Below are positions 1 through 12,350 of a DNA stretch of 64,000 nt, piece by piece. Numbering within the stretch: position 1 is the stretch's first letter; every line of letters begins with the position of its first letter. Below the pieces are notes generated by a model. It did not search any database, was not told where the DNA came from, and saw nothing but the letters and a program-made list of their open reading frames with translations. The DNA lies in NCBI GenBank assembly GCA_951406725.2, contig OX597814.1, forward strand, positions 43,400,001-43,464,000. Direction: 5' to 3'. This stretch comes from Octopus vulgaris. Its lineage: Eukaryota. The position numbers and the translations under genes were made by a program.

Positions 1-50
<50 letters not shown>
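1..50. repeat. (TAA)n microsatellite
   Basis: Perfect TAA repeat. Confidence 0.98.
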
Positions 51-54
<4 letters not shown>

Positions 55-104
55 CATCGGAAAAATACCTTAAGAATGAGAAGCCAGTTTCGAAATTTCC
101 CCAA

Positions 105-150
105 GATACCTAATGAAGGCTGGAGAGTGCATCAGCCGAAACGTTGTGTT
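105..150 (+). ncRNA. Minimal type-I hammerhead ribozyme motif, core-mutated (PLE pLTR-like)
   Basis: GAUAC-CUAAUGA-A-GGCUG[loop]CAGCC-GAAA-CG-UU-GUGUU; stems I and II pair; CUGAUGA is changed to CUAAUGA. Confidence 0.7.
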
Positions 151-384
151 AACAACAAAGAAGATGAGGACAAATATCCGTCAAATGTAACTAATGTGAA
201 TAATCTTTCGTTTTTTGATTTGGTTTGCAAGATTCTTTATATGATTTCGTGTGTTGAAGCATATTTTTTTGTGTCTGCGGAGAGTCATTTACTTTTTGTG
301 CTTGACTATTGAAAAGGTTGCAAGACGCAACGAAAACTTTTGGAAAATAAAAATAATAAGGGGAAATTTTACCTGTGTGTGTGT

Positions 385-965
385 TAAATTATAAGGCATA
401 AATAATCTCTGCTTTATCTCATTGCTATTTTTTTTAATTTAATTTTTTTAAAGGTTTAATAAAAAAATAATAACTAATTAATCAATAATGTATTCACCCT
501 TGTTGTCTACATTTTCTTCCCAACATTCAACAAGATTTTCAATACCTCCTCGGTAGAAATCACCCGATTTCGACTCCAAAATTTGATCCAGCAAAGCTCT
601 CAATTCTGTATCAGTAATGAACGAAACTCCGCGCATAGCATTTGAATGAGATAGAAAGAGGTGGAAATCCATTGGTGCCAAATCAGGAGACTACGGCGGG
701 TGTGGCATCACTTCCCAGCCATGCATTTGAATGGCTTCCTTGGTCATGTTGGCGATATCAGGGCTGACGCCGTTATGCAGCAGAAGAACTCCATGCTGAC
801 GATTAGGTATTTTCTGTTGAATAGCCGTGTTGAGTCGTTCCATCTATTGAACATAGAATTCTGCGTTGACCGTTTGGCTCCGTTCAAGCAATTCGTAATG
901 GATAATCCCTTCCCTGTCACACCATACCCACAACATCGTTTTAGGCGGATGAAGGTCGTGTTTCA
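385..965 (-). mobile_element. Mariner transposon, 3' fragment (transposase pseudogene)
   Basis: ORF 478..681 APMDFHLFLSHSN...FYRGGIENLVECWEENVDNKGEY matches the mariner transposase C-terminus; an HDN-like catalytic region lies upstream. Confidence 0.85.
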
Positions 966-1284
966 CAATTGTCTTTTAGTGAGATCATATCTATAAGATA
1001 CCTTCTCAGCAATTCTAATAGTTTGAAGTCCCTTACTTTCTGATTCCACTATTCAATAGTTGTTAGAACATGCTTCTTTCCATCCTTTGCGATATATCAG
1101 TATGCCAATGAAGACTAAGGTATACATTCATATGTTCCAAAGTGTATAGTAATTCAATATAAAACACAGATTCTTACAATATCAATTTCTTATTAATTAC
1201 TCAGACGTTTAACTCGGAGCGTCAGTAATTGAAAATATCACTGAAATAAACATCTTTAAATGCACGAATTAAGTACATATCTAC

Positions 1285-1396
<112 letters not shown>

Positions 1397-2048
1397 AGAG
1401 TTTACAGAAATACATTAATAACAATTCTTTAGAAATATCACAATCATTTTACAGGATACGTGTTTTGTACAGAAAGAGATGAATAAAAAGCCTGAAATTA
1501 TACGATGGACAGGGGAATGAGAACGAAGAATATTAATGGAAACAATAATTGAAACAATATCAATTACTGCATAAACACTAGCAAGTGTAACACAATTAAC
1601 CTATAATGATTTAATTGCATCTTTGAAATAGACATATATTCTATGACTGCTAATTTTACACATTGTTATGTACAGTTTGTAATTTTAAGTATTTACCATA
1701 TATTTAGCACTGTCTTGTGGTTCACAACATATAAACCAATACAAAAAGGTTAATAATTATTAATTGTTCTGAGATTCAAGGTTTGCATAAGCGTTGGAGA
1801 AAAAACGATCGTGTTAAAAGCTAACTAGATTTATCACAATGAACAGCATTTTCCTGAGTGCACTGTAGTTAAAGAACAATACAGTGATATTACGGAAAGT
1901 ATTGCTCTTCCGAGATATTCCGAGCGATGTAGACATAGATAGTATTTACGTATATACACACGTACCTACCTATATACACAAGTACTATATACACACTATC
2001 TAAATATACACACACACGCACACACACACACACTTACACACACATACG

Positions 2049-2298
<250 letters not shown>

Positions 2299-2706
2299 CT
2301 ATACATATGTCTGTATATATCCAATCAAATCTCCTTTGAAGTAACCTTGGATCCCGTGACAACAATGTATCCTTTATTTGACAAAGGTATCATTGGCCTG
2401 ATGAACAGCAATGTACCCCTCGATTTAGTAATTACTACTTTCGAGGTTCTAGTAGTTTGGAAACATGTACGGTCTTGATTTTATCTACTTCATTCCACAA
2501 TTATGGATTTTTATCCGCATACACTGCAAATCCAGTTACTAACCGAGAACTATAAGATAACTCTTTTCAGCTCATCGAGCTTTACAACCTTGTACGTCAA
2601 TAAACTTCAATTGCTCCTGAAAGTTGTCTTTTATACCTTCTACGGTTGGCTAGAAGCTTACTATATTTCTAAATCTTGATACTTTACATATTGCTATAAA
2701 TATATA

Positions 2707-2755
<49 letters not shown>

Positions 2756-2790
2756 CGTGTGTGTGGAGAGAGAGAGAGAGAGAGAGAGAG

Positions 2791-3040
2791 TGGAGGCGCT
2801 TGGCTTGGTGGTTAGGATGCCAGCATCATGATCGTAAGTTTGTGGTTTCCTTGACCGGGCGACGTGATGTGTTCTTGAGCAAATCACATCATTTCACGTT
2901 GCTCCAGTCCACTCAGCTAGCAAAAATGAGTAACGCTGTGATGGACTGGCGTCCCATCCACCTGGTGTACGCATACGCCATAGAAACCTGGAAACTGGGC
3001 CCATGACCCTGGCTAGGCTTTAAAAGGGCGCATTTATTTT
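2791..3040 (+). mobile_element. tRNA-derived SINE
   Basis: tRNA-like head (tggcttggtggttagg A-box-like, degenerate B box) and body gttcttgagcaa...ccactcagct, shared with 9410-9653 (rc). Confidence 0.75.
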
Positions 3041-4865
3041 ATTTATAGAGAGAGAAATATAGATGCATACATATGAATGTAAGTTTTGCATGTATGTCCT
3101 ATTTTATATGTATGTATATATGCGTATGAGAATGTGTGTGTAAAGCTTAAGGGGCAAGAAGTAAAGAATAAGAAAAATGAGGGTAACAGAGAGAACTTAT
3201 GAGAACGATTGGGTATTATATTTGTAGTGACAAGGTTAATACACAATATACATTGACAAATACACCCCTATTAACGTTTTCATATGGGTTATTTCACTAA
3301 TTTTCGAACTTATTGCATGTTACAACTAGTGAGAAATTTTTTTTTTAAACTCTGATTCATTAAAGCTGAATTAGGTGGCGCATGTTTGGTAAAAGGAGAT
3401 CATAATGAATGCTCGTCTCATATGCCCCATTCTAGCAAAAACAGTTATATAAAATCTTACATTATTATTGTTTAGATTACTGCACTAATCTAAGCCATGT
3501 CTTACACTTACAAGCATTGAAATGTTCAAAATATTTAGGATTAAAATTCTATCATCAGTGCTTATACATATGCGTACAGGTTCTTATCTACTCACGCAAT
3601 CTTTATGCCACGTAATTTTCCTTGAGTGTCTGACACAACAATTATGATTACTTTCGTAACAAAGACGCCTGATTAATGCATAATGCAAGCGTCTTTTCTA
3701 ATGACTGCATAATGCAAGTTTCTTTCCTAATGGTGGTTGTATAAAAGAAATCTACCAATATTACGATACAAATTTCCTTTTCGCATTTGCGGTTAGTTCT
3801 ACTGAAGATGAATAATGTATGTTATTTATAGTGTTTTATTTGCTCCATCCGAAGCATTGTGACAGAATCAAATCAAGTTAATGTCGTCAATGCCGCAAGT
3901 TTGCATATGAAGGAATAACGCTGACAGGTAGGAAATTACAAAGCAGCCACCCAGGGAGGGAAGGTGGGTAAAGTTATTTGTGAAGCGTGTAGGTAGTTTG
4001 GACAAGAATAGTGACCAGAAGTAAAGATAATAGAAGTCTGGAGAGCCTGTATAGACAAGGTAGAGCACTGGTGAAGAAAAGATATAATTGTAGCGACAGA
4101 AAAAAGCGTGATACGGCAGAGTAGAGGCCTAGAAGAGGAGCGTATATTTCGACTGGCACTTCAATGCATGCGAGGAAGGTCGTCATTGTGCATAACAGCA
4201 ACCCCACCGCAGAGAAGGCTCACTATTCAGTCATAGCGTTGTAGGACCGGACCACTTCTGATTGAGTAGAACTTTGATTAACTGAGATGAATAAGTATTT
4301 GGAAGACACTCTTGAGAATATTATTGTTTTTTAAGATGGTGAAAGATCATTACGCAGAAATTTAGATGCTATTTTCCACATTTTGAAAATGTGGAAAATA
4401 ATCCCGACACAGAATGTATCCATATGCTGATGATGTAAAATCAAAATGAAAGATAAGGTATTAATTGGTTAATGATGTATTCCTGGTTACATTCTCATGA
4501 AAAATGGTCTATGTAAAAATAGCACAATAATAATTTCCGTTAAGATATAAGAATATGAGAAACTTACACCAATATATGGAATAGTAGGATTAATTAAAAA
4601 TAGTCATTGCTTATCTAACAGCTCGATTGTACTTTGCGTCCTATTGCACTCTGCCAACGTGCGTTATATGCATGCATGTATATATGTATGAATGCATGCA
4701 TGTATGTATGTATGTATCGCTGGATGTATGTATCGCTGGATGTATGTATGTATATGCTTGTATGTATCTATGTTTCTATCATTCTATATATCTATCTATT
4801 TTACACATACAGTATATATATATATATATATATTTAAAAAAGGAGATGTGGAACACGAGTTGTGA

Positions 4866-5168
4866 TATATAAAAAAGGAAATGAAGAAAATGCTGACAAA
4901 ATAATTTAAGTAATTTAAGTAATTTAATTAGGTGAAATTTCTTTTTACCGGTTGCGCATTTGTTATATAGAATTCCTTTCTGATATATTTTTTCCTCTTA
5001 TCAGATAAGAGGAAAAAATCTATCGGAAAGGAACTCTATATCTCTTTAAAAAAAAATCTTTTGATAAGCATAACAAATGCGCAACCGGTGAAAAAAACTT
5101 TCACCTAATTAAATTACTTAAATTACTTAAATTATTTTGTCAGCATTTTCTTCATTTCCTTTTATATA
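4866..5168. repeat. Long palindrome / fold-back element between TA-rich microsatellites
   Basis: About 135-bp inverted arms centred on ttatc-a-gataa (~5003); the right arm carries a ~30-nt insertion. Confidence 0.93.
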
Positions 5169-5200
5169 TATATATATACATACATACATACATACATACA

Positions 5201-5234
<34 letters not shown>

Positions 5235-5285
5235 CATATGTTTATATGCACACACATGCACATAGGCATAAGGAGTAGAAAACCA

Positions 5286-5356
<71 letters not shown>

Positions 5357-5453
5357 TAACAATAAAGGGTGAAATTAATTAATTTGGAATAATTATTAAT
5401 TACACCAAGTAGATTTCGGCATGTAAAAGCCTCATTCGAGGAAAATTTAAGTA

Positions 5454-5899
5454 ATACTAAGCAATTAAGGGTTTAGCAACGAATTGCCTCACCACACACC
5501 GAATTTAGAAATAGCAGTCAAAGAGTTATAGCTATTCTTTCTACTAAAAGGGGGATCCCAGTAAAAACACAGCACTTGAAAGGCAAACACAGACATGTAA
5601 GAGAGAATGAAATGACGGCAATCTATCATACAATTTTAAGTCACCTACGGACGTACGTTTCCTAAAACATGCTTTCCTAAAACTTGATTTCGAAACGTAC
5701 GTCCGTAGGTGACTTAAAATTGTATGATAGATTGCCGTCATTTCATTCTCTCTTACCTGTCTGTGTTTGCCTTTCAAGTGCTGTGTTTTTACTGAGATCC
5801 CCCTTTTAGTAGAAAGAATAGCTATAACTCTTTGACTGCTATTTCTAAATTCGGTGTGTGGTGAGGCAATTCGTTGCTAAACCCTTAATTGCTTAGTAT
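5454..5899. repeat. Long near-perfect inverted repeat (fold-back element)
   Basis: Arms 5454-5661 and 5692-5899 with about 2 mismatches; the centre carries a duplicated tttcctaaaac; the right arm starts with GAAA-CGTACG-TC (hammerhead 3' half). Confidence 0.95.
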
Positions 5900-5949
5900 A
5901 TATATATATATATATACATACATACATATACCTATATGCACACACAACC

Positions 5950-6620
5950 AAAAGAGATTGTGTAGCCATATTGTTCGAATGGTGGATGAACACATGCCCG
6001 AGCAGTTGTTTTATGGTGAGCTTACAGAGGGGAAACGTTATCGGAGCAAACCTAAAAATGTTTTAAGGACGGCATGAGGACAATTCCGAAGCCACTTGGA
6101 ATGGATCCAGAAGACATAGAAACCCTTGTTACGGATCGAGCTGGATAGCGAAAGAAAATGTAGAGTGGAGTGAAATTGTCTGAAGAGGCCAGGATAACGA
6201 ATGTAAGAATGAAAAGCGATTGAAGGAAGAACGTTACGATCGACAATGTGAATGACAAAAACCTTTTTGTGTGCACGGTTTGTGACACCATGCCTTTCTT
6301 TTACTGGCCTCAAATCTCATTTGCAAACCCATGGAAAAAGAACATTCACCAACTATTCTACCTACATGTCAGTGCACACCTTTGAATGCAGTGTCTGCCA
6401 GAAGGTTTGTAAATCTAGCGGAGACCTCAAAAGACATTTTAAGATCCACAAAGATGATAATTTATCTATAGTTCTTAATGGCCCAAATTGGATGTGCAAA
6501 CTATGTGAGTGTGTTTTCAAACGATTGTCTGTTTCAAAAAACCACATCAGATGCCATGGTGGTTCTAATGTATAGCTAGAGGAGGTGGTCAAAATCTGCA
6601 TAAGGAGTAGACAACCACCA
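5950..6620 (+). mobile_element. RTE-clade LINE 3' end with three C2H2 zinc-finger motifs
   Basis: HIVRMVDEHMPEQLFYGEL..GKR (RTE thumb); CARF..LKSHLQTH, CSVCQKVCKSSGDLKRHFKIH, CKLCECVFKRLSVSKNHIRCH; ends in accacca(TA)n. Confidence 0.85.
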
Positions 6621-7483
6621 TATATATATATTTTTTAGATATATATATATATATATGCATATATTTATATGCACACATATGCACGCACGCATGCACACAC
6701 ACACATACACTCATGCACACACGTACATATATAACAATACCTAGAATAACCGATACTAGTTGACAATTTCATTCATCCTCTTACAACATAAACTCGAGGT
6801 TCACTTTCGGGAGGGCATACGATAAGGTGTTTCTTATGACGAAAAAGTGGCAGAATAATAAGATACTTTCTAAACATTTTCTTGACTCATATCACATATT
6901 TCGATTTTCTATGGGCAGTGTCTTTAATATTAAATTGATGAATTTAAGCTGAAGGGAAGTAAATTTTCATTAAAATCGAAAAGTAATTCTCAAAGGATAG
7001 TATTGCTACTGAAAATAATTACGAAATTCGTGACAGAATTAAAATCATTAACAAGTTACACAATGAGGTTGAAGAATATATTTGAAATAACGACATATCA
7101 CTGCCTAATCAGGTACCAGTTGTATTGAATGAAATTTTCTCTAACTTAAATCATGCACTTAATGAATTATTAAAGAGTTTCTTGAAAGAAATTTCTATCG
7201 CTGTTATGAGTCTCTGGAAAATAATTCAACGAAGTAGTTTCTCGCTGCTTACTCTACAGTAAAATATAATTTCAATGGAAATAAAATTGATTATTATAAA
7301 ATGGTGTGATTGCATTCTACAATGAATATTATATAATAAATAAGCCTCTAATTTCTAATAGAGTAATTTGGAAGAATGATATTTTGACCTGGCACATACT
7401 AAGACGCCATCAACTTCAATAAAAGCATATGTATTTTCACAGGGTATAAATGCAAGTCTTATATCGAGAACTGCATATGTCTG

Positions 7484-7536
7484 TCTGTGTGTGAGTGTAT
7501 GAAAATATATGTGCACAATCACACACACACACAGTC

Positions 7537-7567
<31 letters not shown>

Positions 7568-7575
7568 CAAACGTG

Positions 7576-7647
<72 letters not shown>

Positions 7648-7704
7648 CATACATATACATATACATACATACGTATATGTATGTATATATATATATATAT
7701 ATAC

Positions 7705-7768
<64 letters not shown>

Positions 7769-7790
7769 GTATATATATACATATATATAT
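7484..7790. repeat. Compound (CA)/(TA)/(TACA) microsatellite
   Basis: Direct reading. Confidence 0.95.
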
Positions 7791-8440
7791 AATAAAATAT
7801 TAGGGAATAAATCCAAACTTACAGGGAAACATCAGATTTAGGATTGAATCCAATTTTATAGTAAAATATTATATTATATTAAATTAGAGATAAAACCACT
7901 ATTAGGCAAATCATACAATGAAAATCTTAAGCCAATGCATAAGATTAATTAATTTATATTATTTAAATATATATCAAAATTATTAAAACAGATAATTAAT
8001 ATAACACTACGATCGTTTCATGGCTGTCCAATTCTTAAAATTTCGAGTTACAGTCATTCTTCAGGTGGTTTAAATATCTAAAATATAATCAACATTTTTA
8101 AGATATAAATAATATATATAATATAATAATTTTACTTATAAGAAACTCTATTATCAAATATGATTATATCCAAATCGACTATAATGTTAAATATTAATTT
8201 TAATTTATAAGGTAGGAAACTTATATTTTTAAGGTAAATTTATAAGGTAGGAAACTGTAACTCGAAATTTTAAAGAATTGGACAGCCACGAAACGATCGT
8301 AGTGTTATATTAATTATCTTTTTCAATAATTTTGATATATATTTAAATAATATAAATTAATTAATCTTATGTATTGCCTTAAGTTTTTCATTGTATGATT
8401 TGCCTAATAGTGGTTTTATCTCTAATTTAATATAATATAT
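7791..8440. repeat. Head-to-head inverted repeat element containing a hammerhead
   Basis: About 7870-8054 is the reverse complement of about 8254-8438; the spacer has a duplicated tttataaggtaggaaact; flanked by (TA)n. Confidence 0.9.
8003..8070 (-). ncRNA. Minimal type-I hammerhead ribozyme, intact core
   Basis: rc reads CAC-CUGAAGA-AUGACUGU[22 nt]ACAGCCAU-GAAA-CGAUCG-UA-GUG: complete core, stem I CAC/GUG, stem II 7/8 paired, palindromic stem III. Confidence 0.85.
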
Positions 8441-8828
8441 ATATATATATAATCTATGGAAACCAATGAAGAAGAAGACAGGGATGGGATAAACTTGCAA
8501 CTCTATTATATTGAAGCTTGGAAAAGATAGAAAGGTCCTTTAAATTTCAAACCTAGGACCTACGCTCTTCGACAGAAAGAAATAATATATATATTTTTTT
8601 GCAATAAACAATGTAATTTTTTTTTTCCCCCTCCTCACATTTAAAAATTTTTTTTTGTTTACAATTCTTGAAAATTCACATTATGACGAAAACCGGTTTG
8701 AATAAATATATATATATTTTATCAATTTTTCTAAATGTTTCCATACACCCATTTTCAGAAAAATCTTCTTTCAATTTAGCATTCTGCCATTTTACAATTT
8801 TTTCTTTTTACAACCCCACCATTCATTG

Positions 8829-8884
<56 letters not shown>

Positions 8885-9409
8885 ATACATATATGCAATT
8901 TAAGCAGTATGTAATTACACTAGCTATCACTATCTACTGAATATACATTGGAGTTTTCGTTAGCCTCTGCGGGACAAAAGTTTGTTTATCATATTTATTT
9001 TTGTTAACAGATTAAGTCCATAAATGTTATTACAGTTTTTGCACAATCAGTATGACGCATGGGTGGCTATATTAATTAAATACTGCTTTGATTGCATATA
9101 GCGGATTTTTATTCAATCATGTGGCTAATCACACAATCATTAAATGCTCATTTTTTTAAAAATTCTGTTTACTTGCTTTTTCTATTTTACACACGACGAG
9201 TTCTCTTCCGAGCATATGACCGCTGAGAGTACACATCACTGAAAATACCCCAAACGGTGAAAATTCATATTTTCTCTGGCAGTTATTAGGAACAATTTTC
9301 ATCTCTGATATTTATTGTGTTTTTAGCACATCAATGTACATAAGTCCTGTTATCGCAATACAAATAAAGCAGTATCTATCCTATAGATGGTCTGTTCACT
9401 ACATCGCTG

Positions 9410-9653
9410 GCCGCAATGCGTTTTGCATCGTTTTAGCTTTTGAGTGATGTTAGCGTGCCACCTAGGCGAGTATGCAAATGTTTTCCGAGATGGGAAGGCT
9501 AATCCGTCATAGGGTTAACCATTTACAGCTGAGTGGACAGGTGTGACGTGAAGCGAAATGTGTTGCTCAAGAAAACAAATGTGCCACTCGGTCTGGGAAT
9601 CGAATCCACCGCTACTAGATTGTGAGTGCGACAATTTAACCACAAGGTCACGC
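9410..9653 (-). mobile_element. tRNA-derived SINE (same family as 2791)
   Basis: rc has gcgtgaccttgtggttaa (A box), gattcgattccc (B box), ttcttgagcaa and ccactcagctg. Confidence 0.75.
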
Positions 9654-11084
9654 ATCATTTAAATAAATAGAAATATAATGAGATACTCAAATAAATTATG
9701 ACATATAAGGTAATGGGTAAATAATTATAAAAGTTAGTGTATAAAAGTTAAGACAATAATAATATAAACGAACATTTGTAACACAAATCATCTAAGTGAA
9801 TCGTATAAAATGAAAAGAGTATTGACAAACAGCCATAAAAAGCGAATAGAGACGAGTTGTCCATACTGGAAGTACAATGGCTGCACAGTGCAGATGGGGT
9901 ACTGCGAAGCTCAAGCAGTCGTATATGAGGCTGTAGTGGTATCCAGCCCTAGCAATCGGCGTAATAGGAGTTGACTCATCCAACAAAATCGGCGACAACG
10001 ATGGCAATTCTAGAGGCAGCAGCGACGGCAACGCATTAAGCTTCAGAAACACAAGTACTGCCAGACACAATCGCAGCATCAATACCAGTGCTACGGCCGG
10101 AGGTGACCACGCCAGCGCCAGCAGCACCAGTGAAGCTACCAGTCCCACGCCTAGTATTAGTAGCGGCATCAGCTATAGCAGCAACGGCAGCAGGAAAACC
10201 AGCATTATGGTCGGGGATAACTAATTACTGCAATGGCTAGACCCACGCTCCGTTATAACATCACCGATGACAACTGCAACAACAGCAGCAGCAACAACAA
10301 CTCCAGGTGCGTTGCCAACAGAAGATACACCAGAGACGTGAACACAACCGGCATTGAAATTCGGAAATATTGCCGGAACTGCCCTAAAAGCAGTGCCAGT
10401 TACACCCATAGCTCCTATGTTAGGTTTCCGGAAAGACGTTACGTCATGTCCTAGGCCAGCCGAGTGACTCCTTAAGGTTGAAGAGACAACATACGAAATT
10501 AAATTGAGGATAGTAGGGCAGCCGGCGTACTATATTAACGGAAGTTGTCGATGCAAGATTTCCATAATAGAACAGGTAAGAATCCTAAACAACTCGAGAG
10601 ATACGATTTTCTCTTTTAAATTCAAGACTGGAGATCAATAGCCCTCACTAACATTTTAAACGCTACCTGCTGTAAGCGTGGGATTCCTCATTTATTGATT
10701 AGATCTGGAAAAAGATTATTGCAGATTGGAAACAGCAAAAGAGTGGAGGTGACCTATTCGTCCTTTAGGTTAATAAAATATGCTAATCGGACTGGTCTAA
10801 GGGTAATAATTCATCTAGGTAATAGCTCAAATATAGTATATAATCCCTTGTTTACAAATTAACTGGCCATAACGGTTTTCTACCTCCACTTTGAAGAGAT
10901 GTTACATGTTCGCCGCTATTAGGCTTTGACGAGTCGTCTATAAAACTAAAGTCGTTATGAATGTGAGACCATTAGTTACACTATGGCCGGAAATATATTT
11001 AACTGCATGTAAATCCGTTACCGCTCTATCCTTTAGACTGTAATTCTTTTTTCGGATATATGATACACCGATGATGTATATATA

Positions 11085-11131
<47 letters not shown>

Positions 11132-11499
11132 TTATTTATTTATATACTATATACTATATGAGGTACTTTTGATGAAGCACTGTGCGGTATAACTTTAAAG
11201 AAACAATGCGAGAAGTTAGAAAGTAAACTCCAACAGCACAGAACACAGAACATATTTCCACTTTTACCATGTACTTCTATATTTTGGGGTGAAGACACCC
11301 ACTTCAGGACATTTGGAAAAAGAGGTAGTTGGAAAGGGTCGTTGTTCGGATGAGTGGGGGAAGCAGGGGATGAATGATGGAGGTGCTATGCGCGGTGGTT
11401 TTGCTATAACAACCAACCTGCTTCGTGTAGTTTGTTGTTGTTGTTCATGGCTAGTCTCAATTTCTTTATACGAGATTCGATATAGTAGGCAACACCTAC

Positions 11500-12350
11500 T
11501 TCCAATACAATGAGAGTGTTATATAAACATGTGACATGTCTATCGATGGAATCTAAACTGACAGGTCTTCTGGCCATCTCCTACATGGATCACCTCGAAT
11601 GCACGGCAGGAAGAAGCGACCGCCCACACACCAACTTTTCAACAACATCGTCTACCACATAAAATTTGACATCGATCACCCGGACCGGTCTCGAAGCCTC
11701 TCACTGCTAGATTTCCAAAACAAGATCAAAGAGGAGGGTTACATCTACAGGAATTTTTATAGCAGAGCAGCCAGTAGGAATCTATTGGTAAATTACGAAT
11801 CAGCCCTGCCCAATAGAGCCAAACCCTTATTTATGCAGAATGTAATCACACGTATAAGAGACAGATGTAGCGAAGTAACCGACAAAGTGAGCAACACCAA
11901 GCAGTTCCTCAGAAACTTAAAGAACAATAGCTATCCGTGATCTCCATCCAAACGACTGCATCCGCAAAACACAGAAGTGGATGAACAGCATAAGTAAACC
12001 CAAAACACCAAGTTGGAAAAGTGCTTCTTTAAACAGCCCTGCTTCGACGACAAGACAACTGCAGCAATTCAACATACCATCCGAAAGGAGGGACTAAACA
12101 TACAGCTGGTATAGACCACTCCATCCCCGATGAAATTTCTATCGAAGGAAAATTCCACAAAACGTACCGAGGGGAACTCACCCACCAACCGCCCCAGGAA
12201 CGACACCAAAACATGCTCAAGAGCCTGTGTAGTATAGGAAGTAATATTCAGTTAATGTGGACCATCCTAGTGAGGGAGCACTACTAAGGAACTACACAAA
12301 ATAAAGTAGCAAATGCAACACGGACACTTCAATAAAGCTCCACCTTAGGA
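11500..12350 (+). mobile_element. Penelope-like element remnant (RT C-terminus/thumb followed by GIY-YIG endonuclease)
   Basis: GLLAISYMDHLE; FNNIVYHIKFDIDHP...SLSLLDF...LLVNYESALP...LKNNSYP (PLE RT thumb); decayed VVY...CG...GST.KELH at about 12230-12300. Confidence 0.8.

Noticed and set aside
61-100. Second tandem hammerhead upstream of 105-150
   Set aside because: CUUAAGA...GAAA is present, but the stems are weak and the core deviates.
3868-4260. Possible LINE endonuclease remnant (also LINE- or hAT-like traces at 6900-7300, 58600-59000 and 62300-62900)
   Set aside because: Motifs are too decayed to support a call without profile searches.
6252-6575. C2H2 zinc-finger host gene
   Set aside because: Continuous with an RTE thumb domain and followed by a LINE-type 3' end, so it is part of a retrotransposon.
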